A stretch of DNA of 64,000 nucleotides from Actinomycetota bacterium (GTDB lineage: Bacteria; Actinomycetota; Actinomycetes; S36-B12), in contig SYJA01000024.1 of the NCBI GenBank assembly GCA_005798555.1, forward strand, positions 28,735 through 92,734. The letters run 5' to 3'. The position numbers and the translations under genes are program-made. The notes under the pieces are model-generated. The model worked only from the letters and a program-made list of their open reading frames with translations. It ran no database searches and had not been told where the DNA came from. This document shows, piece by piece, positions 1 through 9,283 of this stretch; the stretch's first letter is position 1, and every line of letters starts with the position of its first letter.

Positions 1-188
1 ATTGCCGACGTCGCATCAGGTGCTGACCTCGACTACAACATTGAATGAAAGCGCGACCACGACCAAGACCAGTGGCAACACGCGTCGGGCGGCGTTTGCA
101 CCCACCGCGGCCGCTGCGAAACTCACAACCGCAGGCTATAAACCATGTCCACAAACCACAAAGCCACTTTGCGAATTACCGCCATCGA

Positions 189-677
189 TTAGGGGCGTTG
201 CACGCTATTGGTCACCCCGGCCGCCCCTAGGTGAACCATCAAGACCCGCACCGGCGCGTCGCTCCGATTGGAACCATTTAGCCAAACATTCATGGCATCA
301 ATAAAGGCCGTGCCGGCCGCGAACTCCTTTACTACCCCGGCTTCATACTCGACCGTAAGCGTGCCTTCCAGAATGTATCCGTACAACGGGGTGCGGTATT
401 TGTGCCAGCCGGTTTCCTGACCTGGATCCAGGGCAAGAATCTCGCTCGTGATCTCAGCGGCCTTCTTTTTCGGGTATCGCACCGGTTGATCAAGTACGGT
501 CAAAGCCTGCGCCTCGAGTAAAATATCGGGATCCCCCGCTACCGCGGACGCTGCAGCCACTGCACTTGGGGCCGCGGGAATTGCCGCTTCACCACCTGCC
601 CCGCAACCAGTGATCAAGAGCAGCGCGGCGACTAACCCTGGGGCCAGCCAAACTCCTACTCGCACTTGTGATTTCAT
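189..677 (-). CDS. Putative lipoprotein with cupin-like C-terminal domain
   Basis: 162-aa ORF. N-terminal signal peptide with lipobox LLLITGC. C-terminal cupin-like beta-barrel block (GWHKYRTPLYGYILEGTLTVEYE...VRVLMVHLG). Confidence 0.6.
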   Translation of the reverse strand: MKSQVRVGVWLAPGLVAALLLITGCGAGGEAAIPAAPSAVAAASAVAGDPDILLEAQALTVLDQPVRYPKKKAAEITSEILALDPGQETGWHKYRTPLYGYILEGTLTVEYEAGVVKEFAAGTAFIDAMNVWLNGSNRSDAPVRVLMVHLGAAGVTNSVQRP

Positions 678-748
678 CGGACCTCCAAGAAATCAAACGC
701 TATATCTTAGAAGCCTTAGATAAAGGGGTGTTCAGCATTTCCGACATC

Positions 749-1453
749 ATGAGCTGGCTGAAACCCTCAAGAACCATCCCCGTGACTAGGTGGCGAGCCC
801 CCTCGAGATGGCGCACCAAGCCATCCACCTTCACCATCCTCGTCATCGGCCTTTGGCTCTTTGGCACCGGTGACGGCATGCTGGTGGCTGCCGGTCTAGG
901 GGTGAGCCCGTGGACGGTGCTCGCGCAAGGACTGTCCACGAAATTGCCGATGTCAATTGGGCTTGCCACCTTTCTAGTAAGCGTGCTCGTACTACTGCTG
1001 TGGATTCCATTGCGCGAGCGCCCAGGGCTAGGCACCATCAGCAATGCGATCGTCATCGCACTCGCTTTACAAGTCTCACTTGTTTTCCTGCCGAGGCCTG
1101 AGATATTCGCGCTGCAGTTGGCGGAGGTGCTCATCGGGATCGCCGCGATCGGACTCGGCAGTGGGCTCTACCTGACCACGAACCTCGGACCGGGACCGCG
1201 AGACGGCTGGATGACCGGAATCCACCAGCGCACCGGCTGGCCAGTGCCCGCCGTGCGACTGTCGATTGAGGTCGTTGTCCTTGGCATCGGGTGGTTGCTG
1301 GGCGGTGTAGTTGGGCTTGGCACCGTGCTATTTGCCCTACTCATCGGGCCATCGGTGGGGTACGGCCTGATGATTGTGGGCACGTTTGGCCGCGACCGCA
1401 CGAAACCCGCGGAAAACGTCAGCGGGGATGGGTTTCCAGAGCTTGACGCCTGA
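749..1453 (+). CDS. Integral membrane protein (YczE/YitT-like, about 6 TM)
   Basis: Hydrophobic ORF with GDGMLVAAGLGVSPWTVLAQGLS and TTNLGPGPRDGWM blocks. The ORF-track start at 668 would overlap the divergent gene, so I moved the start to ATG 749. GTG 782 is also possible, so the start is uncertain. Confidence 0.5.
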   Translation: MSWLKPSRTIPVTRWRAPSRWRTKPSTFTILVIGLWLFGTGDGMLVAAGLGVSPWTVLAQGLSTKLPMSIGLATFLVSVLVLLLWIPLRERPGLGTISNAIVIALALQVSLVFLPRPEIFALQLAEVLIGIAAIGLGSGLYLTTNLGPGPRDGWMTGIHQRTGWPVPAVRLSIEVVVLGIGWLLGGVVGLGTVLFALLIGPSVGYGLMIVGTFGRDRTKPAENVSGDGFPELDA

Positions 1454-1517
1454 ACCCCGGTGCACAGCGAAACCGTTATTAAATCCTCATTATTGCGCCA
1501 GAGAGTAAACTCTGCAG

Positions 1518-2597
1518 ATGACTTTGGCCACGCCTGGGAAACCTAAACCCGCAAAGAAGAACCCGTGGCGCAAGATCATCTTCGCTTTAGTGGGTATTGC
1601 GGTGATGGTTTTAGTCTTCGCCTTCCTCTTCCCGCAGTTCGGGGATTACCAGACAGCGCTCACCAAGGTTGCTGCCATGGGGCCGTGGTGGATCGCAGCA
1701 CTCGGTGCCGCCTCGCTGGCCAACATCATCATTTACCCATATACCGGAATAGCCGCGATCCCTAAGTTGTCCTACCGGGCGACGTTCGTGTCGCGCCAAT
1801 CAGGTTTCCTACTCTCTAACGTGGTTCCCGGTGGCGGCGCAGTGGCTGTGGCAACGCAGTACGCGATTTTGGCCAAGTACGGTGTGAACTCGGCTCGTGC
1901 TGCTGCTGCTGTGTCCGCAGACGCGGTATTTACCTACTTATTCACCTTCGGCACGCCGGCCGTCGCTCTGCTCCTGCTGAACATCAATGGCGAATCAGCC
2001 ACCGCATATAACGTGCTGGCGATTATCGGGGTTGTTGTAGTTATTGTCTCCCTGATCTTCGTCATCATCATCCTGCGAAGTGAGGATGGCGCTCGACGCA
2101 TCGGCGCATTCCTAAGCAGGCCAGTTGGCGCAATCTTTATGAAGTTCAAGAAGCCAGCGCCTGACATCACCAGTTCATTGGTCACCTTCCACACCCGGGC
2201 AGCCGAGATGATTGCAACACGCTGGCCGCAGTTGACTATTGCCAACTTCGGTGCGCAATTAGCCCCGATCGGCGTGCTCATTATCGCCCTGGCAGGCCTT
2301 GGTGCCTATCCAGGTGATTTGTCGTTTTTGGAGGTTTTCGCGGCGTTCTCGATTGCGCTACTACTGACCGCGGTTCCACTTACCCCCGGTGGATTGGGTA
2401 CAGTTGATGCCGCGCTCGTCGCACTTCTGATTGGTTTTGGCCTCGATAGCTCGACCGCGATCGCCGCCGATCTGATCTGGCGATTGGCCTGGTTCCTACC
2501 GCAATTACTTGTTGGCCTCGGTGCGCTCGGGATCTATTGGTGGGACCGCCGGCGTCAGCGAGCAGGACACCTACTTGTTGACGAGAGCCTTATCTAG
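1518..2597 (+). CDS. Flippase-like / lysylphosphatidylglycerol-synthase TM-domain family membrane protein (UPF0104-like)
   Basis: 359 aa and polytopic. Basic N-terminus followed by about 8 TM segments. Has the LTPGGLGTVDAALVALL motif typical of this family. Confidence 0.55.
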   Translation: MTLATPGKPKPAKKNPWRKIIFALVGIAVMVLVFAFLFPQFGDYQTALTKVAAMGPWWIAALGAASLANIIIYPYTGIAAIPKLSYRATFVSRQSGFLLSNVVPGGGAVAVATQYAILAKYGVNSARAAAAVSADAVFTYLFTFGTPAVALLLLNINGESATAYNVLAIIGVVVVIVSLIFVIIILRSEDGARRIGAFLSRPVGAIFMKFKKPAPDITSSLVTFHTRAAEMIATRWPQLTIANFGAQLAPIGVLIIALAGLGAYPGDLSFLEVFAAFSIALLLTAVPLTPGGLGTVDAALVALLIGFGLDSSTAIAADLIWRLAWFLPQLLVGLGALGIYWWDRRRQRAGHLLVDESLI

Positions 2598-3984
2598 ATC
2601 CCTGTTTGCTTGTCCGAGCGGTACCACTGTTTGCGGCTTTGCGATGCCCATTGGCGTGCCCGCCTGCGGCACCACCTAAACGCGCGCCTGACGGGCGGTC
2701 AGTAGCGTGTTGACGTGGGCCGCGTTGCCCGCGCGGGCCACCCCGGCCTTGGCGAAAAGTCGGCTTGGCCGGCTTTTCTTTCGGCGGGAACCAAGCGATT
2801 CCCGATGGCTCCTGCGCACCGGTAATTGAAATTAACTGCGCATCACCCGGACGCACCCGAGCCACCGCCGGTTTCACCCCGGCCTTCGAGGTAAGTGCGC
2901 TGATGTGACGCTGCTGGCGCGGTGAGCCCAAAGTCACCACCGTGCCGGATTCACCGGCCCGCGCGGTCCGGCCCGCGCGGTGCAGGTAATCCTTTGGGTC
3001 ATTAGGCGCATCCACATGGACTACCAAACTAATACCGTCGACGTGGATGCCGCGGGCAGCGACATCTGTTGCAACTAGTGCCGGGGTGATGCCGGCGCGG
3101 AAATCGGCGAGGGTGCGCGTCCGCACCGCCTGTGATTTACCACCGTGCAACGCACCAGCAGCAACACCCTGAGACGTCATGTAGTCAGCGAGTCGGTCAA
3201 CGCCCGCTTGGGTGCGGACGAAGAAAATGGTGCGACCAGCACGAGCACCGATTTGCGTGACAACTTCGTTCTTATCAGCCGGGTGCACAAGCAGGACGTG
3301 GTGGTCCATGGTGTCGACTGATGCCTGAGCCGGTGACAGCGAATGCCGAACCGGATCCTTCATATAGCGCTTGATCAACGCATCGACATCGCCGTCAAGT
3401 GTCGCACTGAAAAGTAGTCGTTGGCTGCCCCGACTGGTCAGGTCGAGGATTTCACGAACGATCGGCATGAAACCCATGTCGGCCATTCGATCTGCCTCAT
3501 CGAGTACCGTGAAGGTTACTTTCGAGAGGTCGACTGATCCGCGGTTTACCAAATCGACTAAGCGCCCAGGGGTGGCAACGAGATAATGGACGCCACGATC
3601 AAGAGCCTGAATCTGCTTGATGTACGGCATGCCACCGGCGATCAACCGCCCACGGACCCCGCAGGCATCGGACAGCGGCTGCAGCGCATCGCTGACCTGC
3701 ATGGCGAGTTCACGAGTTGGCACCAAGATCAGGCCAACGGGCTGACGGGGTTCGGCGCGACGGCCACCGAGCTTGGTGAGCATCGCGAGGCCAAAGGCTA
3801 GGGTCTTGCCGGATCCGGTCTGGGCCCGGGCCAGCACATCGCGGCCGGCAACGGCATCAGGAATCGTGGCCGCCTGAATCGGGAATGGCTCCTTGATACC
3901 GGCGCGTTTGAGCACGTCAACCAGAACAGAAGCAATGCCCAAATCGGAAAATTGCACAGCACTCTTAGAAGATTTCGAACTCAT
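2590..3984 (-). CDS. DEAD-box ATP-dependent RNA helicase
   Basis: Ordered motifs: FPIQ (Q motif), AQTGSGKT (Walker A), DEAD, SAT, HRAGRTARAG. Arg/Gly-rich basic C-terminal tail. Start set at ATG 3984 (MSSKSSKSAVQFSDLG) rather than the upstream ORF-track start at 4083. Confidence 0.9.
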   Translation of the reverse strand: MSSKSSKSAVQFSDLGIASVLVDVLKRAGIKEPFPIQAATIPDAVAGRDVLARAQTGSGKTLAFGLAMLTKLGGRRAEPRQPVGLILVPTRELAMQVSDALQPLSDACGVRGRLIAGGMPYIKQIQALDRGVHYLVATPGRLVDLVNRGSVDLSKVTFTVLDEADRMADMGFMPIVREILDLTSRGSQRLLFSATLDGDVDALIKRYMKDPVRHSLSPAQASVDTMDHHVLLVHPADKNEVVTQIGARAGRTIFFVRTQAGVDRLADYMTSQGVAAGALHGGKSQAVRTRTLADFRAGITPALVATDVAARGIHVDGISLVVHVDAPNDPKDYLHRAGRTARAGESGTVVTLGSPRQQRHISALTSKAGVKPAVARVRPGDAQLISITGAQEPSGIAWFPPKEKPAKPTFRQGRGGPRGQRGPRQHATDRPSGARLGGAAGGHANGHRKAANSGTARTSKQGSR

Positions 3985-4122
3985 TAAAAATATCCAATCA
4001 AGACGACAAGCGCGTCTCGATTGTGGTCCGAAATCGACCTCGATGGTGCCAAGACTCGCGTGCAGATGTATTACCGACTTCACAATCTACGCCAGTGCGC
4101 CGAAAACACGAAATCCGCTGAA

Positions 4123-5640
4123 TCAACTGGCGTGTTGCACCTTGGTACCCCCATCAGCCACCGGTACCAGTGCCGGATCAACAACGCACGGCTTGCGGTG
4201 CCAAAACGGTGAGTCCGACACGCGCGAGGCCAGCATGAAGATAATCCCCATCAAGAAGATGAAGGCACCGATTAACAGCGGTGGGCCCACTCCGAACCAG
4301 GATTCACCGGTCGTGGAGTTCGTCGGGTCCGCCATACTCATTCCAGACAACACCAATAGAGCCACCAGCATGATTGAGCCAATGACCGGCCCTACGCCAA
4401 TTAAGAAGAAGGCTCGGCGATTATGCAGCACTTGGCGGCGGTAGTACACGGCGCAAGCAAGTCCGGTGAGCGAGTAGTAAAAGGCAATCAGCATGGAAAG
4501 TGCAGTCACGGAGTCAATTAGCGCATTCGTGCTGATGAGATTAACTCCGACGTACCAAACGATTGCAATCGTCGCAACCCACCAGGTCGACACACTCGGA
4601 GTTTGGGCCGTCGCGGAAATCTTGCCGAAATATTTCGGGATGGCTTGATTGCGGGCCATCGAAAGCGCAGTGCGCGAGGCCGGGATGATCGTGGTCTGAG
4701 TGGACGCCAATGCCGATGTTGCGACCGCTGCTAGGACAATCCACTTCCAACCACCTAAGGCATCACCGGCAACAGTGGCAAAAATCATTTCCTGCTGATC
4801 GGAGTGGGCTGCTAGCAAACTCGGGCCGAGGAATGCCAATACGGCGATGGCCGTCCCGACATAAGTGACAAGTAAAATCCCCGTTGACGCCAACCCGGCA
4901 AGGCCGGGAATTCGCGACGAATCTTTCGTCTCCTCACTTAGGTTGAAAGCTGACTCCCAACCCCAATAAGCAAAAACCCCTAGTAGCAGGGCACCGGTGA
5001 GCGCACCGGAGCCTTGCCCGAAGGGATTGAGCCAGGACCACTCCGGCAACGGAGCACCCGGTGTACCCGAACCGGTGAACGCCCGGATCAGCGCGACGGC
5101 GACCAGAATTAGCAGTCCGCCGATCTGCGCAAGCACCAAGACATTTTGCAGTTTTGAGGTCGCTTCCGTTCCAACTACGCAAATCCAGGTCATGAAGATT
5201 ATGACGACCACCGCGATACCCATTACCAGATATCGATTTTGGGCCATCTCATCCTGACCGAACATCAATAAGGTGAAACGAACTGCGACATCAGCGAGTG
5301 AGCCGACAACTAGCACTCCGGTCACCGCGATGGCCCAGCCACCCAACCACCCCATCCACGGACCCATGGCCCGCGCAACCCACGAGAATGTAGTTCCGCA
5401 GTCCTGATCAACTCTGTTCAAGTAGTTAAATGCTGAGGCAATCAGCAGCATTGGCACGAAGGATGCGATTAGCACGCCGGGTGCATTGACACCGACCAAC
5501 ACGACAATCGGTCCAAGTACTGCAGCAAGTGAATAGGCCGGAGAAGTGGAATTCAAGCCAATCGCCAGTGCATCCACGAAGGTCAGCGAATTGGCCTTGA
5601 GCCTGGGCTGAACCGGGGTAGTTGCAGTTTCGGATGTCAC
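4123..5640 (-). CDS. APC-superfamily amino acid/polyamine permease
   Basis: 505 aa with about 12 TM segments. Composition and length are typical of APC permeases (…NSTSPAYSLAAVLGP…FAYWGWESA…). Confidence 0.8.
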   Translation of the reverse strand: MTSETATTPVQPRLKANSLTFVDALAIGLNSTSPAYSLAAVLGPIVVLVGVNAPGVLIASFVPMLLIASAFNYLNRVDQDCGTTFSWVARAMGPWMGWLGGWAIAVTGVLVVGSLADVAVRFTLLMFGQDEMAQNRYLVMGIAVVVIIFMTWICVVGTEATSKLQNVLVLAQIGGLLILVAVALIRAFTGSGTPGAPLPEWSWLNPFGQGSGALTGALLLGVFAYWGWESAFNLSEETKDSSRIPGLAGLASTGILLVTYVGTAIAVLAFLGPSLLAAHSDQQEMIFATVAGDALGGWKWIVLAAVATSALASTQTTIIPASRTALSMARNQAIPKYFGKISATAQTPSVSTWWVATIAIVWYVGVNLISTNALIDSVTALSMLIAFYYSLTGLACAVYYRRQVLHNRRAFFLIGVGPVIGSIMLVALLVLSGMSMADPTNSTTGESWFGVGPPLLIGAFIFLMGIIFMLASRVSDSPFWHRKPCVVDPALVPVADGGTKVQHAS

Positions 5641-5657
5641 GGTGAAACGCTATCCCC

Positions 5658-6248
5658 ATGACGGGAAGAATATGGCTGATTAGACATGGTGAGACAGCGT
5701 GGAGTCGAGATCTTCGCCATACCGGGCGCACCGACGTGCCGCTCACCGAGATCGGCGAAGACCAAGCTCGAATTGCCGGCCAAGAGTTAGCCGGTGTCAC
5801 CCCCGGTTTGGTGCTCTGCAGCCCACTATCTCGAAGTCGCCAGACCGCCGAGCTTGCCGGCCTGCATCCGGATGAATTCACCGATGACCTCCTCGAGTGG
5901 GATTACGGCTCCTGGGAGGGCCGAACCACCAAGGAAATTCGTGCTGAACAGGGTGATCCGAATTGGGTGGTTTGGCGCCACCAGGTAACCCCGGGCCAGA
6001 CCCCGGGTGAACAACTAACCGATGTGGCCAAGCGAACAGCCCGGGTTATCGATAAATGTCGGCCAATTGTGTCGACAGGTCAGGACTGCGTGCTCGTCGC
6101 GCACGGGCATGTCCTGCGCATCCTGACAGCGACGTGGTTGGGCTTACCACCCATTGATGGCCGGCTCTTCGCACTTGATCCGGCCCGACTATCCGCCCTT
6201 GGGTTCGAGCATGAGCAGCAAGTTATTCGGCAATGGAACGCCGAATAG
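5658..6248 (+). CDS. Histidine phosphatase (phosphoglycerate mutase-like) family protein
   Basis: N-terminal LIRHGETAWS catalytic motif and a second His block, VLVAHGHVLR. 196 aa. Confidence 0.85.
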   Translation: MTGRIWLIRHGETAWSRDLRHTGRTDVPLTEIGEDQARIAGQELAGVTPGLVLCSPLSRSRQTAELAGLHPDEFTDDLLEWDYGSWEGRTTKEIRAEQGDPNWVVWRHQVTPGQTPGEQLTDVAKRTARVIDKCRPIVSTGQDCVLVAHGHVLRILTATWLGLPPIDGRLFALDPARLSALGFEHEQQVIRQWNAE

Positions 6249-6293
6249 CACGCCAGGGACGCACCAACTACCCGCACAAAGTACGCTCACATC

Positions 6294-6485
6294 GTGGATC
6301 CGGTGACCCGTCGGCAATTGCGATTCTCCCTCTTTCTACAGGGCTTCGCCGCCTGCATGATCGGCCTTGCCCTCGCTGTGCGGCTCGTGAATCAAATGCT
6401 CGATCTTTGGACCTTGCTGTTCATCCTCGTGCTAGCGATTGTCATTGCGGCCTTCTTCTTCACCCAGCGTAAGTTGCGGAGCTAA
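6294..6485 (+). CDS. Small two-TM membrane protein (hypothetical)
   Basis: 63-aa ORF with a GTG start and two clear hydrophobic helices. No recognisable family. Confidence 0.3.
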   Translation: MDPVTRRQLRFSLFLQGFAACMIGLALAVRLVNQMLDLWTLLFILVLAIVIAAFFFTQRKLRS

Positions 6486-6490
6486 GTGGT

Positions 6491-6943
6491 ATGGGCGACC
6501 AGATTGGCTTAACGCTGCGCTCAGGACCATGGACTGAAGCCGAAATTCGCGCCTATCTCAACAACATCAGTATTCCGATCAGGCTTGCTACTACCGGAAA
6601 AGCCAACCCGATGGTCCAATCACTTTGGTATTTGTTCGACGACGATGCCCTTTGGTGCTGCACCCAGGCTGACTCCGTGGTGGCCAAACGCCTGCACCAG
6701 AACCCCGGGTGCGGCTTCGAGATAGCTGCCGACCAGCCGCCTTACCGGGGCATTCGGGGCACCGGCATCGCCCATCTCAGTGCCCCTGAGGCCGCCGATC
6801 TGCTGCCGAAACTGTTTGAGCGCTATTCGATCTCAAGTGATTCGCAACTGGCGGCCTGGCTACTTTCACGCGTCGAGCACGAAGTCGCCATCCGAATCGA
6901 CCACCTGACGATCACCTCCTGGGATTATTCCAGCCGCATGTGA
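6491..6943 (+). CDS. Pyridoxamine 5'-phosphate oxidase-like (split-barrel flavin-binding) family protein
   Basis: 150 aa. Pattern IPIRLATTG…PMVQSLWYLFDDDALWCCT…RGIRGTG resembles PNPOx-like split beta-barrel proteins. Confidence 0.5.
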   Translation: MGDQIGLTLRSGPWTEAEIRAYLNNISIPIRLATTGKANPMVQSLWYLFDDDALWCCTQADSVVAKRLHQNPGCGFEIAADQPPYRGIRGTGIAHLSAPEAADLLPKLFERYSISSDSQLAAWLLSRVEHEVAIRIDHLTITSWDYSSRM

Positions 6944-6953
6944 TCACTACGAC

Positions 6954-7724
6954 CTAGGGGCGAGCGCTCAGCCCACCGTCCAACACGAGTAACTGCCCGG
7001 TCATAAACGATGACGCATCACTTGCCAAGAAGATGGCGCCCTCGGCGATCTCACTTGATCGGCCCCAGCGCCCCATCGGCACTTGACTCAACAACCCTTG
7101 CTCAATGGTCTCTTCAGACCTTAAGAAACCCGTGAGGTCGGTCTCGATCCAGCCGGGCACCAAGGCGTTGACCCGCACCCCTTGGGTTGCTACCTCAATC
7201 GCCAAGCTTTGCGTCAGCGAGATCAAGGCGGCCTTCGCAGCCCCATAGTGGGACATCAAAGGCGCACCCCGTAGGCCGGCGACCGAGGCGACATTAATGA
7301 TGGATGCGTTTCCACTCTCAATCAGGGCCGGGAGAGCGGCTTTAATTAGCAGCACGATTGAATCCACATTTAGCGCCATTGTCTTTTGCCAGCCGCTGAA
7401 CTTCATTGATTGCAGGGCTATTGAAAAACTGTTGCCGCCGGCATTGTTGACTAAGACATCAAGACCACCAAGGCCATTTACCGCCTGCTCAACAATGCTG
7501 GACGCAGCCCCATCTTGAGTGACGTCGGCCGCGATCACTACACACTTGCGCCCAAACGCTGACACCTCAGCTTGCAGTGCGAGCAGGGCCTCCGCATTTC
7601 TAGCCGCTACCGCAACATCGGCTCCGGCACGCGCATAACACAGCGCAATATCGCGCCCGATACCTCGCGATGCACCGGTCACGAGGGCGCGCTTACCGGG
7701 CAGACTTCCCGCTGATGAATCCAT
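6954..7724 (-). CDS. SDR-family oxidoreductase (FabG-like)
   Basis: TGASRGIG cofactor motif, NNAG, and catalytic YGAAKAAL (YxxxK). 256 aa. Confidence 0.9.
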   Translation of the reverse strand: MDSSAGSLPGKRALVTGASRGIGRDIALCYARAGADVAVAARNAEALLALQAEVSAFGRKCVVIAADVTQDGAASSIVEQAVNGLGGLDVLVNNAGGNSFSIALQSMKFSGWQKTMALNVDSIVLLIKAALPALIESGNASIINVASVAGLRGAPLMSHYGAAKAALISLTQSLAIEVATQGVRVNALVPGWIETDLTGFLRSEETIEQGLLSQVPMGRWGRSSEIAEGAIFLASDASSFMTGQLLVLDGGLSARP

Positions 7725-7761
7725 TCGACTCCTCCTGCTGATTGTCTGAGCAGTCGAGACT

Positions 7762-7896
7762 CTACCTCGCTGAATTGGTCAGATGGCAATCACAGCGTGC
7801 ACTTGCCGGGAAACTCCCCAGCACCTGCTCGACATGCTCGCCGCAGCCGGTGTAAGTGATCTTCTTGCAGGTTGAACAGGTTGCGGGGCTACACAC
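7762..7896 (-). CDS. Cys-rich micro-protein (44 aa), co-oriented downstream of the CsoR-family gene
   Basis: Not in the ORF track because it is under 60 aa. GTG start at 7896 is preceded by GGAG 7 nt upstream. Translation: VCSPATCSTCKKITYTGCGEHVEQVLGSFPASARCDCHLTNSAR*. It has 6 Cys plus 2 His and lies 51 nt after the regulator stop. Confidence 0.4.
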   Translation of the reverse strand: MCSPATCSTCKKITYTGCGEHVEQVLGSFPASARCDCHLTNSAR

Positions 7897-7947
7897 GGAC
7901 GGGCTCCAGTTCAATAGTTGGGGTCGCTGACATTAATATGACACACA

Positions 7948-8247
7948 TCAGGCCAAGATCAGGAAAAGGCGCTGAAGCTGAGCCGAAACCGCCTCGGCAT
8001 CTGATCGATCCTCTTGAATGCATTCCTTAAGGCTCGAGGAAATCAGCGTAAAAGCAGCGGTATCGATGGCCTTGCCAACCGCCGCGATCTGCGTGACGAC
8101 CTCATCGCAACTGCGGCCGGTCTCAAGCATCTTGATGATGCCGCCAAGTTGGCCCTGGGCCCGCGACAGGCGCTTAATGATCTCCGCAAGGCGCTCTTGA
8201 TCCGATAACACGTGGGCTATTGGCGCTGCTGCCTTCTTGGTAGCCAC
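7948..8247 (-). CDS. CsoR/RcnR/FrmR-family (DUF156) metal- or thiol-sensing transcriptional repressor
   Basis: 99 aa and all-helical. Family core RLSRAQGQLGGIIKMLETGRSCDEV…SSSLKEC, with the two Cys spaced 29 residues apart as in CsoR C36/C65. The His61-equivalent position is Ser. Confidence 0.85.
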   Translation of the reverse strand: MATKKAAAPIAHVLSDQERLAEIIKRLSRAQGQLGGIIKMLETGRSCDEVVTQIAAVGKAIDTAAFTLISSSLKECIQEDRSDAEAVSAQLQRLFLILA

Positions 8248-8286
8248 TCGACCTCCCGGATCCGCGGATTAGCACTGTCTCCTCAA

Positions 8287-8304
8287 GATACCCCATGGGG
8301 TATC
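8287..8304. promoter_or_regulatory. Perfect 18-bp palindrome GATACCCCATGGGGTATC, candidate CsoR-type operator
   Basis: Located 40 bp upstream of the regulator start. G/C-tract inverted repeat of the ATACCCC…GGGGTAT type known for CsoR-family operators. Confidence 0.6.
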
Positions 8305-8315
8305 ACGGGAGCAAT

Positions 8316-9281
8316 TCAACCGGCCGGTTGGTGGGCTAAATACGCCGACTCCAACTCGGCCCGCAGGAAATCACCGAAAACTAGTGGTGGGAAGGCGGGG
8401 GCCTGCCCCGGGGGCACACAACTTGCCAATGGCGCGATCACCGTGCGGACATGTGGGTCAAAGAAAAATGGCACCGAGTACCGCTCCCGGCCGCTGCGGT
8501 TTGTTACGCGGTGCGGAGTCGAGAGCAAGCGCCCATTACTCCACCGGTTGAGCATGTCGCCAACGTTTAGCACAAAGGCACCCGGCATCGGCGTGACATC
8601 AGCCCACCGACCATCGGTGGTCTTGACACTTAACCCGCCCACATCGTCCTGGGCTAGCAAGGTGATCGCCCCGAAATCACGATGCGGCGCTGACCCGTAT
8701 TCGTCGGCCGGGGCGGCCGGCTCCTGGGGCGGATAATGCAGCAACCTGAGCCAGGTGGTTGGTGAGTCAAAGGATTTTGCAAGTTGGCCGTCATCGCCAA
8801 GGCCGGTTGCGATAACCCCGATTAGCGAACGGGCAAACGTGCTCATTGCATCGTGATACTCAAGCATGGCCTGTTGGAACCCGGGCAGGTCGACCGGCCA
8901 CTGGTTGGGTCCGGACAAATACTCCCCCGCGATTACGTCAACATGTGCTGGCCCAAGGTCTCGCATCATCATGAATGATTCACTCTGATTTGGCTTAGTG
9001 ACTTTCTCGAGCGATGAGTTCACGTCAGTCGACGCCTTGAAAGGTATGTATCCGCGGTGCGATGTGTCGAGCTTGATCGCGAGTTTGCGGGCTAAGGGCA
9101 GGTCATGAAATTTGCGGGATTGCTCGAATACGGCCGCCATCAGGTCTGGGGAAACTGGGTGATTGATCACATAGCCGAAGCCGACCTCGCCGTATGCACC
9201 GAGCAGGTCTTGACTGATTTGGTTATCGGCAGCCACCGAGTCACCGAGGCCGCTTAGGTCAATTACCGGGATATCGGGCAT
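8316..9281 (-). CDS. 2-oxoglutarate/Fe(II)-dependent oxygenase (isopenicillin N synthase-like family)
   Basis: HxD…H triad context (SAPHRDFGAITLL … LLSTPHRV) and an RxS motif (RERYSVPFF). 321 aa. Confidence 0.8.
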   Translation of the reverse strand: MPDIPVIDLSGLGDSVAADNQISQDLLGAYGEVGFGYVINHPVSPDLMAAVFEQSRKFHDLPLARKLAIKLDTSHRGYIPFKASTDVNSSLEKVTKPNQSESFMMMRDLGPAHVDVIAGEYLSGPNQWPVDLPGFQQAMLEYHDAMSTFARSLIGVIATGLGDDGQLAKSFDSPTTWLRLLHYPPQEPAAPADEYGSAPHRDFGAITLLAQDDVGGLSVKTTDGRWADVTPMPGAFVLNVGDMLNRWSNGRLLSTPHRVTNRSGRERYSVPFFFDPHVRTVIAPLASCVPPGQAPAFPPLVFGDFLRAELESAYLAHQPAG

Positions 9282-9283
9282 GG

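Noticed and set aside
2-304. 100-aa and 61-aa + strand ORFs at the left edge of the window.
   Set aside because: They overlap the 3' part of the well-supported cupin lipoprotein gene on the other strand and have Arg/Pro/Thr-rich composition. Only the first 48 nt (…IADVASGADLDYNIE*) might be the tail of a real upstream gene, and that is too short to call.
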